Counted from the stretch's first letter, positions 8,440-17,823 are shown. The stretch is DNA of 18,641 nucleotides from a bacterium (GCA_049472355.1 JBLIRP010000072.1:1-18641), one strand, 5' to 3'. The notes: a model not told the origin generated them from the sequence alone. A program made the numbers and translations.

Positions 8440-9594
8440 TTAGAAGAATGTTGGCAACCGATCAAACAACATGGATGATAACACAGGTTCAGACCAGGGC
8501 CCGAGGCATCGGCAGTCCCTTTCCGCATAGCTTCCGAAAAGGACCCTGTTCCCCGCCCTGCACCCCCCTCCGCAGAGATCCTTATATGAACAGGAGCGGC
8601 ATGCTTGGGGAAGGGTCATGAATTCGCAAAATTCGGCAGATCGATACCGCCGGGCGAAGATATCCCAGATAGTATCATCGAATACTTTCCCGAGACAAAT
8701 ATCGTCGATAAAGGGACAGGGAGTGACGCTGCCGTCGATCTTTACGGAGATCACATAATAGCCGCCCAGACATATCCTGCCGCAGAAGGTCAGGATCCTC
8801 GCAATATATCTGAAATGCTCAGGGCTCCAACAGGAAAGAATCGCATGCTTCACCTCGTGCCAGAGTTCCCGGCTGATCATGAGAGGATCATGGGCCGATT
8901 GGGGCACATACTGGTAGAAGAGCGGGGTTATGCCGAGCCCCTTTTGTACAAGATGCCTGATTTCACTGATATGCCCGACGTTCTCGCTGTGTATGGCAGT
9001 GAAGGTATACGTCTTAATGCCTGCATTCACAAGGTTTCTGATCCCGGTCATGGTCTCCTGCCAGGACCCAGGCTTCCCGGAAAACCGGTCGTGTTTTTCG
9101 GGGTCGTGAGAGATGAGGGTGACGATGGCCCTGTCGAGCCCTGCACGGTAAAGCCTTCGAGCGAGGCCCTCCGTTGCCAGGGTTGCGTTTGTGTAGAGCA
9201 CCGTCTTCCCAATGCCTGTGCGAGACCTTGCAAACCGGATTATCTCAGGGATGTCCCCGCGCAGGAGCGGCTCTCCGCCCAGAAGATCCAGTCGCACAGG
9301 CACATCTCCTATCTGTTCCAGAATGGAGAGGATGCGGGGCAATGGCAGTTCCCTGCCCCGGTTTGGCGCATAGCACATCCTGCAACGGAGGTTGCATGCA
9401 TCCGTGAGGTCAAGTTTGACGACATAGGGATAGCCTCCCACAAGGTGCCTTGAGAATGAACGGATACCGGTCTGGAGCAGGGAACCGGGGGCCGCCCTCC
9501 CCAGTGTGGCAAGGAGGAGATCCTGGCAGGGTATCATGGCCCTGGTCTTATATCTGGCTGCCAGGCCGGCCAATGTCAGCGCACGGCAGCTCAT
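8440..9594 (-). CDS. Radical SAM protein with full SPASM domain
   Basis: CNLRCRMC, LLGGEPLLR, LYTNAT; SPASM cysteines ICLGG..VTPCPF...CRSCSYKDLCGGGCRA...DCRC. ATGA overlap with the methyltransferase. Confidence 0.92.
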   Translation of the reverse strand: MSCRALTLAGLAARYKTRAMIPCQDLLLATLGRAAPGSLLQTGIRSFSRHLVGGYPYVVKLDLTDACNLRCRMCYAPNRGRELPLPRILSILEQIGDVPVRLDLLGGEPLLRGDIPEIIRFARSRTGIGKTVLYTNATLATEGLARRLYRAGLDRAIVTLISHDPEKHDRFSGKPGSWQETMTGIRNLVNAGIKTYTFTAIHSENVGHISEIRHLVQKGLGITPLFYQYVPQSAHDPLMISRELWHEVKHAILSCWSPEHFRYIARILTFCGRICLGGYYVISVKIDGSVTPCPFIDDICLGKVFDDTIWDIFARRYRSAEFCEFMTLPQACRSCSYKDLCGGGCRAGNRVLFGSYAERDCRCLGPWSEPVLSSMLFDRLPTFF

Positions 9595-10448
9595 GGCTTG
9601 ATGCCTATAAAGTATATAAAGCGAAAGGTAAGACGGACGCCGTTCATGCGGTCAACCGCCTCCCGGATTTTGTCATAGATGTATTCGCTGCGCTCCTCGC
9701 GCAATGCACCCCGGAAACCGGCGCAGGGCCCGGCGGTTTTCATCCACTCAACAAGGGATTCCCCTGTTTCAAAGTGGTGCACACAGGTCTTTTCGGAGAG
9801 CGTCCTGACCGAAAGCCCTGCACGCCCCACCATGCGCCTGAAGGCATCAATGCCTGGAGGAAAAAGGAGGGGAGGGAATGATCGCAACGAAAAAGGGTTC
9901 CTGAGCAATATCCTCGTCACGAGCCTCTGAAGCTCGGGCAGGGAGCCCCGTGTATTGACGAGCACGGCGATCCTGCCTCCCCTCGCGAGCACCCTCTGTG
10001 CCTCTTTCAAGATCCTTTCTGGGTCGCCGTATTCGAGGGACCAGCACGCTGCTATAACATCGATGGACTCATCCCCATGCCCCTGCAGGGCGCAGAGCAT
10101 GTCCTTATGCACAAACCGCGTTCCAGATGAAATGCCAAGCCTTTGTCCGGCAAGGGCCAGCATGGCACCCGAGATGTCGTACCCGATAACCGAGCCATTG
10201 GGCCGCACATACCCATCCAGTATTGCTGTGGCATGGCCTGTCCCGCATCCGAGGTCTATGCAGCGCATTCCAGCCCCTACATCCAACTCCTTCAGGATAT
10301 CCCCGGTGAATGCAGCAAGCAGCCTCCTGGTAACAGCGGCATCATAGGTCTGAGCGCATCGGTCATAATCATCCCCGTAGATGCCCGCATCGACCTTCCG
10401 GCCCAGCAACCTGTTAAGCAGTATCAGGGATCTCTGTGCAAGGCCCAT
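9591..10448 (-). CDS. Class I SAM-dependent methyltransferase (UbiE/BioC-like)
   Basis: Motif I CIDLGCGTG, motif II GYDISGAML, SIDVI, EAQRVLARGGRI; SD GGGAG upstream. Confidence 0.9.
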   Translation of the reverse strand: MGLAQRSLILLNRLLGRKVDAGIYGDDYDRCAQTYDAAVTRRLLAAFTGDILKELDVGAGMRCIDLGCGTGHATAILDGYVRPNGSVIGYDISGAMLALAGQRLGISSGTRFVHKDMLCALQGHGDESIDVIAACWSLEYGDPERILKEAQRVLARGGRIAVLVNTRGSLPELQRLVTRILLRNPFSLRSFPPLLFPPGIDAFRRMVGRAGLSVRTLSEKTCVHHFETGESLVEWMKTAGPCAGFRGALREERSEYIYDKIREAVDRMNGVRLTFRFIYFIGIKP

Positions 10449-10799
10449 AGGTATTTCTCCCCCGAAAAGGGAACGATCCGGTATAAAGGAAAAATAGCAA
10501 CAAGGAGAAAAGGCATATACACGTACTCAGCTCATTTTACCACAATCCACATGTTCTTGACATCCCGCATCCACCGGGTCCAGGCAGATGATAAAACGGT
10601 TCGGAAGGGCAGGCAGGCGCAGGCAGGCGGAATTACCCATGCAAAGGGGCCCTGACAAAACCACAGATACCCATATCCGAGCCAATAATGCGATCACCGA
10701 TTATGACGTGCAGGATGTCTGGTGGGGGCACTCGTCCGATATCCCGGCCCCGGAAACGATAGCGCGATTCATACCGTATGGATAAATGAGATGGAATTT

Positions 10800-11180
10800 T
10801 CAGGACCGATTTTCCACGATCCTTTCAAGCCCGCTCATCCTCATCCCTACGAGCCTGCCCCGCTTCTTCACGGTGAATCGTTTGAGGCATTCGAATGCCG
10901 CCCGTCTGAGCTCCTTTATGGAGATTGTGGGACCTGGAAGGGTAATCGCCCGTGTGTGCGTCTCGAAGTCACTGAACCTGATCTTTACGGCTACCGTTTG
11001 TCCCGTATACCCCTCCTTTTCCATATCCCGAGCCACCAGTTGTGTAATCCGTGTAAGCGCCCTGGCAATGTCCTGCCATGAACTAAGATCCTTTATTGGT
11101 CTCCCCTTGAGTTCAGGGTGTCTTTTAAGTTCAACTGCTGCAAAAAATGCATCCATATCCAGGTGCGGGATTCGTTTCAT
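10800..11180 (-). pseudogene. dinB: Internally deleted DNA polymerase IV (DinB) remnant
   Basis: MKRIPHLDMDAFFAAVELKRHPELKGRP (DinB N-terminus) is fused in frame directly to the little-finger domain (TVAVKIRFSDFETHTRAITL...RLVGMRMSGL). The catalytic SIDE motif and the thumb are absent. Confidence 0.85.
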
Positions 11181-11298
11181 ATACGCAGTATTCCGCATCC
11201 GTGCCGGTAGGGCGGCGGGTCCAACTCGCAATAATTAATTAATTAATCATATCCATGAAGCAATGAATGGGAAAATATAATCCATTTACGTCTATTAC

Positions 11299-11333
11299 TG
11301 TAAGGCATTGTGTAAGGCATTGTGTAAGGCATT
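11299..11333. repeat. 12-bp tandem direct repeat (TGTAAGGCATTG) x ~3
   Basis: Copies at 11299-11310, 11311-11322 and 11323-11333 in the divergent intergenic region. Confidence 0.9.
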
Positions 11334-11452
11334 AATAAGAGACTTCAGAGGCCATTAGGAATGAGGCTATCAATAGGAGGTGATGGGATGATTTTTGGTT
11401 CAACTTTTCCTTATGAGGTCTTATCGGATCCCATTGCGAAGGAGTGAGAAAC

Positions 11453-14400
11453 ATGGAAAACGATAGAAAACGTCAATCAGAAATGCATCGATTAAGAAGC
11501 CAATGGATATGGGGGCTTCTTTTTATATTTATTGTAAGCCTCATGATCAGCCTCATCCCTCTATCCCATGTGGCTTATGGATATAACGCCGGTCCATGGG
11601 AAGTCGCCATCCTCGAATATCTCTCCCCTCATGATCAGGGGGATATCACCCATCAGGTGGTTGATGGTGAAATGGCCTATATTGCCTATAAAGATGGTTT
11701 TGATGCCATTCACGACACATATTATATTGCAGCCGTCGATATTACCGATCAATTGGAGCCTGCAGTAATCTGGACTCAGAATATCCCCGATGATGTAGAG
11801 GATCTTGTTCTGGATGGCTCGAATCTTTTTATAATAACGAGCACAAAGGGTGTATGGGCTATAGATCTCTATGCCTCCGACGGCTCCAGGCTTACTGAGG
11901 CCGACATCTCCCAGATAACGAAGAAACAGCGGTATCGAAGCGTATACGACGTAGCTCCATACACAACGCAATTCCCCACCTATTATCAGACCAGCGGGAC
12001 GTTCGGTTTCGGCAGCCTGTTTGCCGGCTCCCTTCCGGGTCTGTATAGTACCGGATTCGGTTTCCCGTGGGGTTATCAGACGCCTGGCTCCTATTATCAA
12101 TGGAGTCAGCCTTCGTATCTGACACAGCCATGGAATATGGTGAGCCAATCCTATTCCACATACAATTTTGGGCAGTATTACCCCCCATCCGGCCTTTCAA
12201 CCCAGTACCTGACCACCGGATGGCCGTATTCCTCAATGAACTTTGGCTGGACCGGCCCCTCTGTCTGGTCTCCGTATAGTGTGATTCCCATAGGCGGGAT
12301 CACGTGGCCCACGATAACAGGCTCCTCTTCAAAGAAGACTTCCTCTTCAACGGTCACCAGATATCGCTCACCTGTGCCTGTCAAGCTGCCCATCGACAAT
12401 ACCTCAGGCACAGAGGAAACCGGCCAGATCACCCTGAGCCTTTACAATCTTGCAGGAGATAAGGTCAGCGACCAGACGGAGACCCTGACTATCCAGCCGG
12501 GAGAAAAGGAGTATCCCCTCGTCCTGAATAAGGTCCCTGAAGGCGCCAAGACGGAGGATCTTGCCCGGTACAACCTTCGCTACAAATTCGCCGCAGAGAA
12601 CGGCTCCCTCACCGGCCAGATGAGTCTCTTTCAGGTGGCTGACAAGATGGAGGTCCGCATCCTCGGATCGGATTCCATGTATGCCGGAAGGCCTACGTCA
12701 ATAGGGGTTCATGCCATTGTGCACGGCCAGCCTGAGTCCGTCCAAGGGGCCGGTGTTGACATAGAACTGGTCATGGGCAACAAAACGCAGCATCTGTATC
12801 AGGGTACGACGGATGCGGACGGATTTGTGGAGGCCCTTGTCACAATCCCAGAAAACGCCGGTCAGGCGAAGATCCGGGCAAAGGTAGCCTCCGATCTTGG
12901 TACGGAGACCGTCACCGAGGATGTCCAGATCGTCCGCCTGTTCAAGATCCTGCTGACAACGGATAAACCCATATACCAGCCGGGTCAGACCATCCACATT
13001 CGGACCCTGAGCTTCAAGAAGCCGGATCTCGTGCCTGAGGGGAACAAGGAGATCATTATTGAGTGCGAGGATCCGAAGGGGAACAAGGTCTTCAGGGTTG
13101 CGCCCGAAACGGATGAATTCGGGGTTGCATCCGCAGACTTCACCCTTGGCTCGGATATCAACATGGGCCTTTACACCGTCAGGGCCATCCTTACTGCGGA
13201 CGGCGCTTCCACCCAGTCTGAAAAGAAGGTGCAGGTGGAGCGGTATGTTCTTCCCAAATTCAGTGTGGACCTGAATACGGATGCGGACTATTACCGGCCT
13301 GCAGACACGGTGCACGGCGTAGTCCATGCCGCATACTTTTTCGGCAAGGACCTGGAGGACGCCTTGGTCACCATCGAGGCATCCAAGTTCGATGTGGAAT
13401 TCGTTCCCTTCCAGACCATTACCGGCCATACGGATTCGGAGGGCTTTTTCTCCTTTGACCTGACCCTTCCCAGCTATTTTGTCGGTCTCCCCCTGGAGCA
13501 GGGGAATGCATTCGTCAAGCTGGACATCAAGGTTGAGGATACCGCAGAGCATGAAGAGTCCGTTGTCCGAGAACTGACCGTGACTAAGGCCCCCATCCTG
13601 GTCAAACTCATACCTGAAAGCGGAACGATCGTCATGGGCGTTGAGAACAAATTATTCCTGCTTACCACCAATCCCAAAGGTCAGGGTCTTGCCACCACAA
13701 ACCTCGTAAATTTCAATAACCAGATCCTCACGGTAACGACCGATGAGCAGGGGGTCGGGACATTCACTATAACCCCTGACGAACAATCGAGCCTTCTCTT
13801 CCAGATCGCCTCCCAGGCAAACGGCCAGAGCGCCCTGGTCGAGATAGACCTTTCCAGTGAGGTCGGCCCGGTAAAGGTCCTGCTGCGCACGGACAAGGCC
13901 ATTTACACCGTGGGGGATGTCATGACCATCGATGTCTACACGCCCGAGGAGGTCATGGCACGGCGGATCTTTATGGATCTCATCAAGGAGCGCCAGACCC
14001 TCCTCACCAAAGGGGTGGACGTCAGCAACGGGCATGGACAGGTTGTGATAGATCTAAGCAACCACATGGCAGGCACCCTTCTGGTTGAGGCATACTATAT
14101 CGCGGAGGCAAAAGAGGCGGCATCGGACGTGTTTCGTGATAAGAAGATCGTGTATGTCAATCCTGCAACGGATATCCAGGTGACTGCCACCCTGGACAAG
14201 GAACAGTACCTTCCCGGCGAAAAGGCCAGGATTTCATTCCAGGTCACTCCCGCCCAAACCGCCGCCCTCGGAATCACCATTGTGGATGAGGCTGTATTTG
14301 CCCTCCAGGAGAACAGGCCCGGTCTCCTCAAGGTCTATTTCAGCATGGAGGAGGAGATCATGAAGCCCCGCTTCTGGCCCCTGATTGTCCCCTTTGAGGA

Positions 14401-17188
14401 GGCGGTCACCTCGGAGGAGCCTGCGGAGGAGGAACAGGAAGCGGCGGAGATCGCCTTTGTCACTGCAGAAGAGCCTGAGGACCCCAACCTGGATGCAAGC
14501 AGCTACCCCGACCTGGTGCAGCGGATGAAGGAGTCGGTCGCAAAGGACATCGACAAGGATGCTGATAAAATTGCCAAGGACCTGGGGAATTTATACGTAT
14601 ACAGTGAATGGGCATACACCAATGCCCTCGGTCAGGGGAGGATCAAGACCTATAAGGATCCATGGGGCAATTCCTATACGCTCACTGTAGGTTATAATCA
14701 AGTCTCCCTGACATCCAAAGGCCCGGATGGGAAGTCCGGGACCATTGATGATATCTACTATACAAAGCCTTACCAGCAGGTATACATGCCGGCACCGACG
14801 CCCATTCGTCAGCCTTCCGGTATCGGGTGGGGCGGCGGGGGGGTAATAGGGGTCCCCATCTTTATGATGCCCTCTTCATATTTTGGTCTGGGAGGTGGAG
14901 CCACCTCTTCCAGCGGAGTGTATAGCTATGCCTCGTATGGCAATATACAAAGACAAACAATGTCATCCTCCGGAACCACCTCAACCCAGACAAACGCCGG
15001 CTTTCTGGACCAGGCGAGCCAGCAGGGCCAGGAAACCCCCGGTGAAGAGCCGGAGGCCCAGGAGCCGCGCAAGATCAGGCGTGACTTCCCCGAAACCCTC
15101 CTCTGGGAGCCGCTGCTGATTACCGAATCGGACGGCACGGCCTTGCTTGATGCCAACATGGCGGATTCCATCACCACGTGGCGCATAAGCACCGTGGCAT
15201 CCACGACGGATGGCAGGCTGGGAGGAAGCACCGACGGGATCGTGGTGTTCCAGGATTTCTTCATTGATATCGACCTTCCCGCAGTGCTCACCCAGAATGA
15301 CGAGATCTCGCTTCCCATCGCCATCTACAACTACCTTGATGCATCGCAGGATGTGAGGATCGTCCTGAAGAAGGAGGTTGATGACACCTGGTTCGAGCTG
15401 ACCGGTTCAAATGAGAAGCAGGTGACCCTTGGAACTGGAGAGGTCAGCGTGGTCTATTTCCCCATCAAGGTGGTTGATGTGGGATGGCACGAGCTGACCG
15501 TATTTGGCTACGGCCCGGTTATGAGCGACGCGATCGCGAGAAGGATCGAGGTACTCCCGGACGGCATGGAATTTAACGTGAATGTGAGCGACCGGATGCA
15601 GGGGGATGAGACCAGTCATGTGATCCATATACCCTCTGACGCCATCGACGGGGCGAGCAGTATCCTGGTCAAGGTCTATCCCGGCATCTTCAGCCAGGTA
15701 GTGGAGGGACTTGACAAGCTCTTCAAAGTCCCCTATGGGTGATTCTGCCAAACCACGTCGGTGACGTGGCCGAATGTGCTTGTGCTTGACTACATGATCA
15801 CCACGAATCAGATCACCCCCGAGATCGAGATGAAGGCTCGTCAGTATGTGAACCTGGGGTATCAGCGTCTCCTCACCTTCGAGTCCCCCGGCGGGGGCTT
15901 TGACTGGTCCGGCAGTCCTCCCGGCAAACCCATCCTGACCGCTTACGGTCTCATGGAATTTACCGATATGGCAAAGGTGCACTATGTTGACCCTAAAATG
16001 ACCGAAAGGACCAGGGACTGGCTGGTAGACAAGCAGCAATCGGATGGCTCCTGGCCCACAGGCTATGACCTGTTCGGCACCCTGGGCACCCCCATGCAGA
16101 CTACCGCATTTTCCATTTGGTCGCTTGTGTACTCGGGATACCCCGTAAACAGCAATATCCTGAAGGCCATGAATTACATCAAGGCACGGGTGAATGAAAC
16201 CAGCGACAACTATACCCTGGCCCTCTGCGCCAACGCCCTGCTTGAGGCCAATCCGCAAGACGCTGCCGCACAATCCATCCTGGAACGTCTTGAGGCGGCA
16301 AAGGTCGTGCAAGGAGACACCGTCCACTGGATCTCCGGCGGGCAGAGCGTCACCTATTCACGCGGAAGCTATCTGAACCTCGAGACCACCGCCCTGGTCA
16401 CCCTGGCCTTTATGAAAGCAGGGTGGCGATATCCTCAGAGCATCGATGGGGCACTCAACTATATCATCAAACAGAAGGATGCATACGGACTCTGGGGACA
16501 GGTAGAGGCAACGGTGCACTGCCTGCGGGTGCTCATGATGGCCATGGGAGGCCAGACCGAGGAGATGGATGGGGAGATCCTCATCAGCATAAATGGTCAG
16601 ACCCTGGATAAGGACGACCTGCCCATCTTAAAGATCACCCCTGTGGACACCCCGGTGGTCAGGCTCATCGAGCTTGCCCCTTATACCCTGGAGGGTGACA
16701 ACACAGTGGGCATCCAGCTTGCCGGCGAGGGGAACATCCTCTACCAGATCGTGGGCACCTACTACCGGCCCTGGCAGGAGGTTGTTCTTCCCTCGCAGCC
16801 GCCGCTTTCCATCGATCTTTCCTATGACCGCACGACCCTCACGGTGGACGACACGATCCTGTGCACGGTAACAGTCACCAACAACGTGCCGGGCAGCGTT
16901 ACCAGGCTTGGGATGATCGACCTGGGCATCCCGCCGGGGTTCCGGGTCTTCTGGGAGGATTTTGAAACGGCAATGCAGGAAGACAAGATCTTCAAGTACG
17001 AATCCACCAACCGGCAGCTCAGCCTGTACCTGAACCCGATCCCCTACGGAACACCCGTTACCATTACCTATCGCCTGCAGGCCAAGTACCCGCTTAAGGT
17101 CTCCACGCCCAGATCCAGGGTCTATGAGTATTACAACCCGGATGTGAAGGATGAGTCAAAACCGGTGACCATCAGGGTGCTCAATTAA
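11453..17188 (+). CDS. Alpha-2-macroglobulin-family (thioester-protein family) protein, ~1911 aa, with in-frame UGA (probable Sec) at 15740-15742
   Basis: ORFs 11444..15742 and 15761..17188 are in one frame separated by a single TGA. MG motifs LTTDKPIYQPGQ, YVLPKFSV, LRTDKAIY, LDKEQYLPGE, IVDEAVFAL; A2M domain RRDFPETLLW, ADSITTW, FQDFFIDIDLP; thioester region VPYG*FCQTTSVTWPNV; GYQRLLTFE; receptor-binding domain MIDLGIPPGF and SRVYEYYNP. N-terminal hydrophobic signal/anchor. ATG 11453 has SD AAGGAG. Confidence 0.9.
15753..15769 (+). promoter_or_regulatory. Candidate bacterial SECIS hairpin in the A2M gene
   Basis: TGA TTCTGCCAAA CCACGTC GGT GACGTGG: 10-nt spacer, perfect 7-bp stem, G-starting GGT loop. 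A lower ATTC/GAAT pairing (15742-15745 with 15772-15775) is also possible. Confidence 0.75.
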
Positions 17189-17302
17189 TTGAAGGTACGG
17201 AGGAGCGAAGGTATGGAGGATTGGAAGGCATGAAGAGAATGAGCGGTTGTTGAGTCCTCTTGTATAACTGAACATTCACTCATTCATTCACTTATTTGGT
17301 CA

Positions 17303-17347
17303 TAAAAAGGGGGGGATAGCCAGAAGAGGGCTACCCCCCCCTTTTTA
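17303..17347. terminator. Rho-independent terminator (potentially bidirectional) after the A2M gene
   Basis: TAAAAAGGGGGGGATAGCC-AGAAGAG-GGCTACCCCCCCCTTTTTA: long GC stem with one mismatch, flanked by A5 and T5. Confidence 0.9.
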
Positions 17348-17357
17348 CCTCTAACCA

Positions 17358-17545
17358 TATTTCAGAGCAAACCCTCATGCCACTTTGTGGCACCACGAAG
17401 CATGAAAATCTATTTTCAAGACAAACCCTCATGCCGCTTTAGCGGCGCCACGAAGGATGAAAATATAATTTTCAATAGGATATGTGATATTTTCGGAGCA
17501 AACACCCGTGATCCATCGATCACCATGCAGAATGAAAGTTTTCAA
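17358..17545. repeat. Three ~54-bp structured intergenic repeats (two close copies, one degenerate)
   Basis: TTTC..CAAACCCTCATGCC-hairpin-CCACGAAG.ATGAAAAT at about 17358-17409 and 17411-17464; degenerate copy at about 17488-17538. Confidence 0.8.
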
Positions 17546-17823
17546 ACAAGTGATTAGTTGAGGAATTTTGCATAAAAGGCATCGATGTGGTTCCTGGCTC
17601 GTCCTTCTAGTCGAGTTCGCAGGGTGCCGGCGATCCAAAGAATGGAAACATTACTTTTATTTTCAGAACGTTATATCAATTAAGCTCCCCTGGCACAATA
17701 ATTGAGAAGGCATATGGCATCCGTCATGCATCGATATCAAGCTGGTTCGTTTGACAGCCTATTGTATATGATAGAATTTGTTATTCGACCATACCGCGTA
17801 TTTTTGAATGTGGGGAAGTCCCA

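Noticed and set aside
3625..10448. RiPP (ranthipeptide/sactipeptide) cluster suggested by the SPASM enzymes
   Set aside because: I found no convincing precursor peptide, PqqD/RRE domain or peptidase; the UbiA and Tes-like genes point elsewhere.
10449..10799. Small ORFs between the methyltransferase and the dinB remnant
   Set aside because: No SD or motif support; likely promoter or decayed sequence.
496..16327. Long antisense or alternate-frame ORFs (496..1218, 5763..6515, 8605..9453, 12698..13552, 15407..16327 and others)
   Set aside because: They are shadows of well-supported genes on the opposite strand in GC-rich DNA and have no recognisable motifs.
15761..17188. Separate 475-aa gene, or A2M pseudogene split by a nonsense mutation
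   Set aside because: Same frame as the upstream ORF, no SD, GTG buried in a hairpin, and the stop is exactly at the catalytic Cys position with SECIS-like geometry. Sec read-through explains this better, though a nonsense mutation is not formally excluded.
17358..17545. CRISPR array or tRNA
   Set aside because: No unique spacers of 30-40 nt, the repeats are degenerate, and there is no cloverleaf or T-loop motif.
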